This document shows positions 39,080-51,916 of a DNA stretch of 64,000 nucleotides, piece by piece (position 1 is the stretch's first letter; every line of letters starts with the position of its first letter). Location of the stretch: assembly GCA_011109175.1 (NCBI GenBank), contig RDEW01000035.1, forward strand, positions 62,001 to 126,000. The letters run 5' to 3'. The notes under the pieces were generated by a model. The model saw only the letters and a program-made list of their open reading frames with translations. It was not told the DNA's origin and did no database searches. Made by a program: the position numbers and the translations under genes. This DNA is from Dicyema japonicum (Eukaryota > Animalia > Dicyemida).

Positions 39080-40330
39080 GCGCACAACAATATTTACGGC
39101 AAAAAATATAAAAAGAACAAATTTTTAGTAATGGCGAAAATCAACCCCAGTTTTAACTTTAACAACTTTATTAGCAAAGAAAAATTAAAGAGGGAGTTAT
39201 TTGGCCTCATGCGCAAGAAAGGCTTGGACTCCTCTCTGCGCTCTCAGACCCTTCTTATCGTTTATTCTGTGCTGCAAAATAAGATTCAATGATGGCATCT
39301 CTTTTTATGAAGTTTCCATCCTTTTTTCTTCTGCTTCTCTTATCGACATACTAGCAAATTTTTAATTTAAGTGATCAACCTTCGGAATGTTACACATAAC
39401 AGAATTGAATAAGAACAGACTTAAGACAGACCCATGTGGTACCATTCTTTTTAGCAAAGTTTTTTTCTAAATATGATTTCCAACACATATAAAAAAATCT
39501 CTACCAGAAGAAAATCCTTCATCCACACAAGTGCATTGATCCCTACATTAAAATTTGACAGTCTTCAAAAATCCATCATACCAAACGCTATCAAAGCCGT
39601 TAATAAGACTAGACATACTTCTGTAAGACATTCTCAATACTTCTTTGCAATACATATAAAATATGATAATATAAATAATTTCCAGTTCTTCCTGTTTTCA
39701 GTTCTTCAGATATCAATTTCATTCTTTTAGGAGATACAGTTCTTCTAGGCAATCATCCCAACAATACAAGGTTTTCTGGCAAACGAAAATACACCAATCT
39801 ATCAGCACTCCGTTGTTAGAAATGATTCAGTTCTTTACAAGTAAAAACTTCTTAACTTTCTGTTTCCATTATTTCCAATAAACATTAACCATCAGAATTA
39901 GTTTACACACAACTATATGCAATCTGTTTTGCATTCAATCTCCCACGAGGATTGGGCTTTCATTATTAACGAAAAAATCATTATAATCCGGATATTAATA
40001 ATTCCAGTTTTTTTCATCAACGTTTCATCAATAATTAATGCATCCATCTAACAGCACTGAAAATAGCCCAGCTCCGGAGTCCACTTCCTAAGAGAGCGGG
40101 GATTAAACAGGATAATCCTGGTTATTTTTGATTTATTTGGCTGTCTTCTCTTCGTAAGATCCCGACCAGAACAAGTAAAAACTGCATCCTTCTTCGTTCT
40201 TGTCATGTATTTAATATTTTTAGATAATTGTCAACAATATTATAAAAACGTTTTTCTTCCTGAATAATTCTGATTACCGTTGCTCTTTCCGTTCATACGG
40301 ATCTTTCGGAATCGCTGATGGATGATTAAT
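39080..40330 (-). mobile_element. Highly degenerate LINE RT
   Basis: Minus strand AFDSVWYDG..WMKDFLSGR..VPHGSVL with many stops. Confidence 0.5.
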
Positions 40331-40599
40331 TCGCCTTCATTGACCCTAAATGGAATAACAATCCCCTTTACAAATTCTACCAAAATACTGGGGTAACATA
40401 TGACTCACTAATGACTATCAGCAAACATGTGATCAACATAATTTCCTTTTCCATGAAACTTAAAATGTGTATAAACGCTATTTGGATACTAAAATAGATG
40501 GTTCTACTTAATAGTAGATCATCTCTAATGTCAATATTTACTTCTGTCAATCATTTACTGCTGCGCGGCATTGGCTACTAAAAATTCTTCACAAACTAA

Positions 40600-41900
40600 A
40601 GAAATTATACTCCTTCCAAAAGACAGTAACGAAAAACCTACACAGAGCCTCCTCTTCGTCAGTAAAACCAACTCTGTTCGAGGAACTAGTGAGGAGAACT
40701 CGATTCTTAGATTGTCTCCGAGCCGTTATTTCTAGCGATATAAGTTTGCTTGATGTCCTAGTATAAACTATTTTGCTTCTGAGCCGTGAATGCCATGTCG
40801 AAGCTAGAGAAACGTCGAAGCTGATCTCTATGGATCGAGTTTAGATTGTGATTGTCATTATCAGAAAGTCCCCATGTTCCGGAATTGTAGAGAATAAGCT
40901 TCACCAGTGAATTGTATAAACGTATCCGTGTTTGTGTACTCAATCCTTTACGCTTTAGCCAGTTTTACTTTAGGCTGCTTAGTGCACTGTTTACCTATGT
41001 TTTCCACATAATTACGTCTTGTTCATCTCCCAGTAACTATCAGAGTTTCTTTACTTTTCTCAAATGTTCATCCAGCTTGGATTTTTGTCTGAAAAGTTCA
41101 GTCTATTCTGTTTTCTCTACATTTTCATTGAGGAATCACTCGGCAAGTTTATTTGGCATCACCTCCAATAGGCTTTTCAGAGCATCATTGAAATCCTCGT
41201 CATCCGCATAATCCACAACATCGATTTTTGCTTCATATTATGGTTTTAGCTCTCTCAATACAGCTTCCAAGTATATGACTAATAGTATGTGAGATAACGG
41301 AGGTGTCCCAGATGTTGTTGCAAATTCGGACACGGATATATTCCTTGACTAAGAGGTAAGTGCTTATTCGTTTTAAACATTCCATTGAAGAAGTCCGCAA
41401 TGAAGGTTTGTAGGTTTTCAATTGTCTTGATATGTTCCTCATTCTCTTTCCTTGACATAATGAAAGGTATTTATGATTTCCTTCTTGATTATTGTTCATT
41501 CACGATTATGCTCTTTTTTGATATGCTTGTCTTCAGTGTTTAAGTATTGAACCCAAATAGATATTTGTTTCTTTACAATACCGCTTCCACTCGTATTATT
41601 TCTTGCAGTTGTTTCGATACTTTGGGAATTTGTTGATTTGTTTCCACACTGCTCAGCTTCATATCGAGGCATCTCCTTAATCATCCTTTGTTGTAATGAT
41701 AGTCCGTTTAGGTAAACTTTGTTAAATGTCAACCCAATGACATTCTGGCGATGACCATTTTGTGGTCACTGTCCAATTTCGACCCACTAAATGACCTTGC
41801 GTTGATGAAAAGAGTTTTATCTTTTGCTAGACAGATTATCCTATGCTAGAACATGATGAAAAGATCTTATATTTTAAATTATGTCCATCTGCCTGTTTAA
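40600..41900 (-). mobile_element. Degenerate RTE LINE fragment
   Basis: SDHKMV, VDYADD and RIRLYNSLVKLILYNSGTWGL. Confidence 0.7.
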
Positions 41901-41957
41901 TAGAAAATATCTTCGATTTATCTTGAAAGCCATAAATCATGGATTGCTCTTAATTCT

Positions 41958-42350
41958 ACGCCTTAATTGACCCTAAATGGAATAACAATCCCCTTTACAA
42001 ATTCTACCAAAATACTGGGGTTACAAATTACTCACTAATGACTATCAGCAAACATGTGATCAACATAATTTCCTTTTCCATGAAACTTAAAATGTGTATA
42101 AACGCTATTTGGATACTAAAATAGATGGTTCTACTTAATAGTAGATCATCTCTAATGTCAATATTTACTTCTGTCAATCATTACTGATCCCCATAATCCA
42201 CAACATCGATTTTTTGCTTCAATGTATGGTTTAGCTCTCTCAATACAGCTTTCAACGGATGTGTCCCAGTTGTTGTTGCAAATTTGGACACGGATATATT
42301 CCTTGACTAAGAGGTAAGTGGTTGTTCGTTTTAAACATTCCATTGAAGAG
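41958..42350. repeat. Local duplicate of 40333-40560 joined to a duplicate of 41200-41400
   Basis: TTGACCCTAAATGGAATAACAATCCCC...TTACTTCTGTCAATCAT and ATAATCCACAACATCGATTTT...CATTCCATTGAAGA each occur twice. Confidence 0.85.
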
Positions 42351-42369
42351 GTTTATTTATCATTTATTG

Positions 42370-43400
42370 AGTTATTTACAATTAAGTAATATTTTACATT
42401 ATCCGCTTTAAAAGTCATATCCTTGGATAAGATTTTGTCAAAAATCGAAAATGATCGTTCCACTACGCACTATGTTATTCCACATACGTCTTCTTTGAAA
42501 TCCATTTTTTTCAAATAATTGTATGCATTATTTATAGTAAAATATGTCGATTCTAAATCATCAAGCAAAGGAATTTTGAAGATAGCCACGTTGCGCCATG
42601 TGATGCTTCTTGGCTAATTGATTGAACTTTTTGTTTTGTTCGTATGTTCCTCCTCTCTCTTCTTATTAGAGTGGCGTCATGTGATCCACTTATCTAATTG
42701 GCGCCCAGTGCCAGGCCGATACGAAAAAGGATCATTTGCTCTTCCCCACTCCACTGGAGGGGTTTCCACAACTGCAACTATGGACGTCTTTTATCTCTAT
42801 GTTGATTCCGGATGGACTCCTTCTGTAGAAGTGGAAACTGGATACATTTAATTAGTTGTTTAATTTTACTTCTTTCTCGGTGTATCCGGGGTTAATAAAT
42901 AAAAATAAATCAAGCAAATGTAATAAAGTGAATATTGTGATATTATCGTCGTTAGATCTTCATGAAGTTGTCCATTAAATAAACATTCTTTTGCTCTTTT
43001 AATAAGCAAAGAATCTCCTTCTAAGAATGTGCATATTTGAATAACATATGTACTGTATAATTTAGTTAAAGATTTGTTACAATAAGACAGCAATGTCACA
43101 CCGATTATTTTAAATTTATATTGATGCTTAAAATTATGATATAATTATATTATTTAAATTTTTATTTAAAAATTGACCTTAAAATCTTAAAATTGACCTC
43201 CTTTCTCCGAATTGAGCAGTTATTTGACATTGGATATACATTTATTAGTGGAGAAACGAGAATTAAAGGAGTCAGGCATTTATTACCATCCACCACGATG
43301 GATTCTTAAAAAACTTATATACATGTTTGGTTTTTATCAGCTAAAGTTCATACGCAAGTGGTTACGTTTAAAGCATCTGGGTTTAATTTTTCTCTGATAA
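42370..43400 (-). mobile_element. Degenerate hAT/CGGBP-like transposase remnant, interrupted by a SINE
   Basis: C-terminal CVVERSFSIFDKIL motif; the reading continues across the SINE TSD. Confidence 0.4.
42570..42908 (+). mobile_element. SINE-like element, copy 3
   Basis: 10-bp TSD ATCAAGCAAA (42560-69, 42909-18); same head, body and tail as the other copies. Confidence 0.88.
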
Positions 43401-44057
43401 ACATTAATTTTAAATCCTTAATCACAAATTTTTATGATTCTATATTTTTGAAAATAATTCAAAATCAAAGCTGATTTACTTTTAAATTGATACATACATT
43501 TTAAATATTGGTAATTCGATACACATACATATAAAAAAAGCACTTTTACGTAATTGCACCTGTTACAACTGATTTAAAAAGCCTTTTTTTGTTTAAATGT
43601 AAAATGATTTACTTTTGTTTACTTTCCTTAAGTTTTATTTGGATTGAAAATACATTTGTAATTTATATATTATCAATATTAGAGTGAAAATAATGAAAAA
43701 TCTAGTGAAAATAATATTGAAATTAATAAGAGAGGAGTTAATATAGTTTTTATGATAGATATTTAGTGGAATTTTAAAATATATGCTAAAATTTGCCAGA
43801 CTATTTATGAGAGCCAGCAAAAAATCAATTAAAAAGGGTTTAAAAAACAGTTTAAGAGAATACGAGGATGAAAAAAATTCTATAATAAAAAATAATAAGT
43901 ATTCATAAAAATAAAATTTAGCAGATATCAGCCTCTTCCAATAGCATACATTTAATACAATTTACTAAAATATAATAATAATAATTTTTAACAATTAATT
44001 TTTTTAATTTAACAATATATACGTGGCATTAGAGTGTGTTGTCATATAAATGATTCT

Positions 44058-46215
44058 ATGAATATGATTGATTTAGACATTCATACTATTAACAATGATT
44101 ATAAAAAGTAATTTTTATTAAAAACAATTATTTATAGAAACTCTGAAGATAAATTTTTGTCTTGCTTGATAGCTAGTATCAATGTTTTTTCACTATATTG
44201 GACCTGCTACATGTTTAACTTCTTTCACTATGACCCTCTAGCAATTTTAATTCAATTTTTGTAAACTGTATTTTATTTTACATTAAGTTATTTTGCCATT
44301 GAATTTTTGATGGAACCAAACTTTAAAAAAATTACCCCAAAATCATATAAAGATATCTATTACGGCATAATAAAGTCTATGTGGACGCTTACATTTCTAA
44401 ATGGTCTATATTACTGTGGTCCATTTATTGTCATTCTAATCAAGCTTCCTGATATATTTTTTCATAATTTTAAACGTTATATTGTTTCTTCAAGAAAAGA
44501 TAAAGTAATCACTTTAATATATTTTTAGTTTATAATTTATTAGCCCTCATCGGGGCTTTTTTTTCTTGTTTTCATAGAAACTGGGGAAAACATGAGTAAA
44601 AATAAAAATTACACTTTGTCTATTAATTTTTTGTCGTTTGACTCATCCCAAGTTTAATATTATTATTATTAGATACTTATATTATTGCTCATATTATTAT
44701 CAATCCGAAATTTCTCATTTGAATATAATTCTATTTCATCATCTTTATTTTCAGTGTTTTTTACCATTATTGTCGTGGTAATTAAAGTTATATATATGGT
44801 TCGTTTTTTTTTAATTTCGAATTAGAATTTGAATTATTCACATTATTTGTCTATCGGTGCTACATTTCCTTGTTTTCTTTACTGCTCAACAGTTTTTATA
44901 AATCAAAACATTTTAAAGAAATCATCATCTATTATTTCAATTTTAAACTGGGGAACAAGTTGTATCTTTTCTTTTATTTTAAATTTTATTTTCTCTCCAA
45001 ACGGTTCTATATTAACTGCTTACAGTGTTATTTCCTTTGTTATCTTCACTTTTGGTAAAAATATTTATAACTAATAATAGTCTTGATCAAAGTACTTATG
45101 TCAAACAATTTAATTGATGATAAATATGGAAACTATTTTATTAACAACAAGAATTCGAAGATTTTCTCATTATCTCAAATTAAACTGATTGTTATTCAAG
45201 TCTTTTCGCAGCAAAAATCTCGACGAATTGTCTTATTTTTGATTATAAATCTGTTGTTCACTTCTGTTGAGTTAGTTTACGGATTATGGACTAACTCGTT
45301 GTCTCTAATATCAGATGGATTTCACATGTTATTCGACTGTGGAAGTCTTGTAATGGGGTTATATGCTGCTATTATTAGTCAGTCATATTTATCTCAATCA
45401 CCCGGGAAGTGTTTTGACCGCATTGGTGTACTTTCTGGATTTACAAATGGATTTTTTCTTATTATTATTTCTATTCTAATAATGATGAATGCTATAAAAA
45501 GGATTTTATATCCACCAACGATTATTACTGACCGGCTATTAGTAAGAAAATGTTGTACTTTTAGAAAATAGGTTGTGTCTATTGGAGGACTATTAGTCAA
45601 TTTAGTCGGTATAGTCGCTTTTCATGATCACCACTGTGGTAGTGATTGTGAACATAAACATGACGATAATATGAGAGGTTAATATATTAATATTATTTTT
45701 AGGTGTGTTTCTTCATGTTTTGGCGGATACACTAGGAAGTATAGGTGTTATCATTTCTACTCTTGCTACTCAATTCATGGGGTTAAAAATTGCAGACCCT
45801 ATTTGTTCCTTTATTATTTCATTTTTTATTTTCATCAGCGTTGTTCCTCTTCTTCGTGATACGGGACGAGTTTTATTACTCAAAAATGAAGAGGGAGTGG
45901 CCCTTAAAATTGAAAAAATAAGACACGAAGTTTTTAAAATCATATATTATAGATTTTTTTAATTAAAGGAATTATTATTGATAATTCTCAAACATTAATA
46001 TTTGTTTGGCCGCATTTGAATACTTTATATAAAGCCAATGCCAGAATTTTAGTTTATGATGATTACTGCCCAAACAAAGTATTTTCTCAAGTTTTGGAAT
46101 ATTTATAATCATTATAGATTAAAGAAATATTTATTAAATATAATATTTTTGATGCAACAATTCAGATTAGTAAGAATTCTTACCTACATCGACTTTCAGA
46201 GATAGATTCATCTAG
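44058..46215 (+). CDS. SLC30A5: Zinc transporter ZnT5-like (CDF family with N-terminal membrane extension); start approximate
   Basis: FLIINLLFTSVELVYGLWTNSLSLISDGFHMLFDC, RG|VFLHVLADTLGSIGVI and ADPICS; upstream TM exons such as HYIGPATCL. Confidence 0.85.
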
Positions 46216-46874
46216 GTATTTATACTAATTATTAAATTATCGTGTTTTTGAAATAAAACTATTTTGTTAATTTTTTCTGATATTTATAAGGAAACAATAA
46301 AGTTTCTAGTAAAAATTAGGATTGCGTAAGCTTTATTACAGATCCTTTATCGCCATAATTCCTTAGGAGGATAAATAGGATCTTATTAGGCATCTGATTA
46401 CCGCTATTTCGAGCCTCTGTCAAAACCAAATTACCTCGCAGGGAAGGCTTTGTAAAATTGACTTCATAAAAATCTTAGCAGAAAATTAAGAAAAGAATAT
46501 ACAGTATGACCTCGGATTGGGGTAGACCACATGGGGCGCCCTCCCTTTTTGATCAGTTAAAAAATTAGCCTTATTTTCCGAATTTTTCCTATTTTTAAAT
46601 ATAAAAAACCATTATTGAGACACTTAAAATTATTATATTCAACATTAGCAATTAGCACTTTTACATTTTTCTTGTGTGGATAAAAATAAATGTTTACTAA
46701 ACCAATATTTGTCCGAAAGACAAATATTAAAAAATATAAAAATATCAATGGTACATCGATAAATTGTATAATGAGGGACGTAGTATGTCGCGAGCACTAC
46801 GCGCGACCAGTCAAAGTCAATCAATGTCAAATTAACTTAATTTTTTTTACATTATTAGGATTTTATTGACAGTC

Positions 46875-47810
46875 AAAACATAAGTTAGTTAGTTGCCGCC
46901 CTCACTGCGTGGCTGTTCCCTCTTAGAATTGCGAGTGAAATACGCTCAAATGGCCAGCAGCGTTCACGGAGATCTCTAGTGCATGAGGTGATCCGGTTTC
47001 CAAGATGTCCGAAAAACTCGAGTGTAGAGGGGGAGTAGGATCCGAAGTCTACATAGCAAGGGGAACAAATTTGACATTATCGGGAAGGTCGACGTATTTT
47101 TCGAGTTTGGCCTTCTCCACCTTGACGGCTGCAGAGCAGGCCCTTGAAGCGCAATCGTGAAGATTGTTCGGGGCGAACGTGTCTTTACATGTTACGTACA
47201 AAACAAGTGGTTTCCCGGCCTCAAAAAATGGTCATCCCGTCACTTCTGCATAACCCGACCGGTTCAAGAATGACCGAGTATCCAGCAGCATCCATAGCCC
47301 GCTTGACAATCTCATTCAGAGCCTTGTGCTTGGATATCTGTCAGCGCTCCTCTTGCAGGCGAGAGAGTGCAGGCCATAGCAGTCTATCAGGATGCCACAT
47401 CGGCACGGGTGAGGTACAGATATTTTTTGTCCTAGTCGCAGAGAGATACCACTTCTAACGCATTCATCATCTAAAAAGGTGCCTAGAACTCAATTGGGGA
47501 TGGCGTTTAGTCAAGCTCCGCTCTTAGGGGAAGCCCCCGAAAGCAAACAAGCTCGTCGGTGCTGATTGGCTGATTTCAGTAGGAGTCCAAATGATTTCCA
47601 ATATAATAAATTGTCCAGGCTCCGCTGGCAGTCTTGTGAAGGAGGCAGGGGGAGGTTTGTGGCATTCCAGGCTTCTCGTGCGTGGATTATGTCTTGGTCA
47701 ATTGAGAATTTGGGTAGGGAGTGTAGAATCCTCCTGACCAAAGGTTCGCAGGCCGTGAGTGAAGACAGATGTGCAGGAAGTGAGACGTCCAAAGTACGAC
47801 GGATTTTTTA
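46875..47810 (-). mobile_element. CRE-clade LINE 3' part
   Basis: SGASPKSGAWL, HPC..CG..HSLAC..H..LNEIVKRA and EPVGLCRSDG; (CTAA)n tail. The 3' 24-mer (46890-46913) recurs inverted at 38996-39019. Confidence 0.8.
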
Positions 47811-48239
47811 AGGTTAAGAATAATTAAGAATAATTATCATTTTTAACTGTTATTAGTCACTACATTCAACTTCGTAAGTTTTTTTGAATGTATTATAGTT
47901 TTTTGATTCAAAGATAAAATCACATGCATCCATTTTGAATTTTTCGCTTTGGACTCCCTATTTTTATTTCATTATTCAAAGCCCGAAACCACAGATTTTT
48001 TCACTAGTAGGTTTGATGTCAATTTCTTTTTTTTAACTAAAACCAATCCAGCTATACACTGGAATGGTTGAGGTGATGTTCGGAGCATAAATTTTTTAAT
48101 GATTGCAATATAACCTACTAATATTCTCTGAATACCAATGTTATATGGTTCGCATGATAGTAATAAAAGGTTTTATCTCATTATAATTAGCAGAATTACA
48201 TAAATGTTGTTTAATACTTAACCTTGATTTGATCCCCAA

Positions 48240-50530
48240 AATATCATTATTATTATTAAAAGCACTTTCACAGAATCAAATAACGTTATATTAACTAAGG
48301 CCCCGTTTGTGCCACACGTTTCTAAATTTGCTTCATTTCACGATGCTTATTGGCCTTGATTGTGCCACAGAGCAAAATTTCTTATTTGAAATCTTTTTGG
48401 GCCAACCTAGGCCCATTAAATTGCGAAATTGTTTTCGATGAAATATATCCATTTTCTTGAGCTCTAGCTTTGTGACCCCCCATATACCCGAGTTGTACAT
48501 CAGCACCGGCTTATATATGAGTTTTATAGTCTTAATCTTAGGTTTGTTTTATTAGTTTTCGTTGAGTCCATAACTTCTGCATTTTCTTGTGCATGGGAGT
48601 GGCTAGAACTCTTCTATCATCATGTCCTCACTATCACCAAGTAAGGATCCCAATTTCCTTTTTTTCCTCCAATTTTCATCAATTTATTTTGATTTCCTGG
48701 TGATTCCTAGGTTTTCAGTCTTTTCATGATTAACTCGCAGAGACCAATTCTTAAATTCTCCAGGGAATTTCTCAAAAGCAAGTCCAAATTCCAGATCATT
48801 TTCTGACACAAAATCTATGTCATCTGCATATATAATTTTCATCGGCATGCATCCTTAACATTTTGTTCTAAGAACTCTCAATGCCGCTTCCAGGTTGTCT
48901 TGATTTTTGGTAGAACCGGAGATGGACAGTCTCCCTGAGGTATTCCAACTGTTGTCCCGAAAGGCTTTGATGTTGTGTTCCCAACTCGTACAGTTAATTC
49001 AGTGTTCGATAATATGAAACGGACAAGTCTTGTGTTATCCCCATCAAGAAAACTCCCAGCAACGTCCAACAATGTTTTTTGTTGACAGTGTTAAACGCAC
49101 TGGAAATGTCCACTCCCAAAATCTTAAAATCACTCCTGTATCGTTGACACATGTCACATATCCACCTGTGGGACCAGACAGCATCTGCGGTCGAGCGTCC
49201 CTTTCTGAACCCACTCTGTCCCGGCGACAAAAATTCATAAACATCAGAAGATATCCGACTAAGGGTTATCAGAGATAGTATCTTCCTCAATGTTCCCAGT
49301 AATATCACAGGTCTTAGATTTTTTATCGGTCCCTTGCTCTTTTCTGGTTTATGCAGAGGAATCAAAATTCCATCACCAAGTTTCAAGGGGGAATGCGTCT
49401 CAAATACCTTATTGAAAATCTTTGTAATGAGGGTTGTCAGTTCGCCTGGTGCATACTTGATCATTTCTCCATGTATGTTGTCTGGTCCCACTGCCCTGTT
49501 GTTGTTTAATTTAATGATTGCCAGGTTAGTTTCCTTTGTAGATATAGGTAGATTCAGGCTTCTTGGTGATTTCTCAAATGGCTCCACATATGAGGTTTCA
49601 TTTTCATTCAAAAGTCCTGAAAAATGTTCGGCAATAATCTCAGTTTTTTCTTTATTATCCAATACATTTCTTCCTTGACTGTCGTGAATACAAATATTCG
49701 TAGGTTGAACTCCCCTCTGCAAAAGACGAACTACTCGAAACATTTGTGTTCCGTATCTCAACTTCTCAATTTCACTGACACGTTCGTCAATTTTTTTGAC
49801 ATAAATTAACTTCTTCCTACTTCTAATCTCCTTGACAAATACGATTTCTTTCTCTTCTTAACTCGTTGTAGATATCATTATTTGTACATGATTCCATTGT
49901 CAGCCGCAATTTTTTTTGTTTAATTGATAATGATCCAATTTCGTGATCGAAGACCCCTTTAAATCCTGGCGGCCTTTTTTCCCCAAGCACGCATGCATCC
50001 TTCATATTTTGTTCTAAGAGCTCTCAATGTCGCTTCTAGGTATACGACGAATAGAACCGGAGATAGAGTCTCCCTGAGGTATTCCAACTGTTATCCCGAA
50101 AGGCTTCGATGTTGTGTTCCCAACTCGTACAGTCAATTCAATGTTAGAATAGAAAACGGACAAGTCTAGTGTTATCCTCATCAACGAAACTCTCAGCAAC
50201 GTCCAAAAATGTTTTTCTGTTGACAGTGTCAATCGCACTGGACATGTCCACTCCCAAAATCTCAAAATCACTCCTGTATTGTTGACACATGCCACATATC
50301 CACCTGTGGGACCAAACAGCATCTGCGGTCGAGTGTCCCCTTCTGAACCTACTCTGTTTCGGCAACAAATAATTCGTAGACATCAGAAGATATCCGACTA
50401 AGGGTTATCAGAAATAGTATCTTCCTCAATATTTTCTGTAATATCACTGGTCTTAGATTTTTTATCGATCCCTTGCTCTTTCATGGTTTATGCAGAGGAA
50501 TCAAAATTCCATTACTTAGTTTCAATAATG
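48240..50530 (-). mobile_element. Degenerate RTE LINE with a duplicated RT segment
   Basis: LNNNRAVGPDNI, QSGFRKGRSTAD and GIPQGD; 48845-49400 is repeated at 49990-50520; tail AAAGTGCTTT(TAA)n. Confidence 0.85.
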
Positions 50531-51916
50531 GCATTCCTACATTTTCGAAGACACTTAGAAGGTCAAAATCCCATCCAGGAAATCTATTTTTACATAATTC
50601 AATAGCAAGAATTAAATCCTCCATAGATATCGTTCCACATAAAGTCCCTTCCATAAGTGAGGATGGTCACCTTCAAGAACACCAATTTTTATGCCTTTGG
50701 GAATAATTAACAAAAAATCCAATTCTTGTTCCTCTGTCAGTTGTTGTCTTAAGGCATCTTCCACTTTTTCTTTCGGGATCCGAGAACCGTCATGAGATTT
50801 AGATTTATCTCTTCATTTTTTATTCAAAGAATTCATTTTCGAAAAAATTTTCCAAATTTTAGGATTATTACGATAGAGTTTGCAACATTCTCTCTTCCAT
50901 CTCTCTTCTTCAATACGTTTTAATACTTTTATCAATACCTTCTTTATCGACTTTATCCTCTCTTTAAGACAGTAAGAATCTTGCGGATCCCATATCGTCT
51001 TGGCTTACCTTCAAAAATCCGCTTTTCATTAAGCAGAGATTATATTTGCAATCTTAAGACTTTCAAGGTTTTATTTGTAATATTATGCAAGACTTTCAAG
51101 GTTTTTATTTGTAATATTTTTTTGGTGAGGTGGTGACGTGCCTCGTTTCTTCTGTGTACAACGGTTAAGAAAAATGTCCGAAAAACACTCATTACACAAT
51201 CGAGAACTCAGGCTAATGACGTTCAACGTACGTGGAATATCGAAAGATTAGACAAGGAAAGTACTTTGTGACGATCTCGAGAAATACAAAATATCTATTG
51301 GCTGCCTACAAGATACGAAAATCGAAAATGGACGCGATGAGACATGGAACAACTACCGACTGATTCTTTTCCCAACTGAATGCAAGCACTACGGCATGGG
51401 ATTTTCCCTACACGTGAATTACCTCAAAAATTACATCGCTATTTGAGAGTCAACGATCGAATATGTGTCCTACAAGTCAAACTAAAAGAACTATGCCCGT
51501 CCAAGAGTCTATTAACTGTCATAAATGTCTATGCACCACACTGTGGACGAGTAATCAAGAACCCCAGTGAGCTCGAGGAATATTACTCAGAACTATCAAG
51601 CACATACTCTAATAATGCTTCCTTGTCTTTGTTGCGAGAGATATGAATGCAAAGGCCGGAATGCGAATGGGGCCCGAAGAATCCTCTATTGCAGCGGTTC
51701 TCAACCTGGGGTCGATTCGACCTCCAGGGGTCTAAAATCAATCCAGATCGATCGTAAGGGGGTCGAAAATAAAATACTTGGGAGTCGAAAATAAATTTAA
51801 TATATTTAATTTTTTCATTTTAAATTAAGTTAGTTTTTGGCACTTGGATTTATAAAAAATTCTTTTGATGATAGACCATATTGCTTACTGCATAACAAGT
51901 CATTATCAAATGATGC

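Noticed and set aside
46430-46550. U1 snRNA-like start (ATTACCTCGCAGGG)
   Set aside because: No loop I, no loop II CATTGCAC and no Sm site; length too short.
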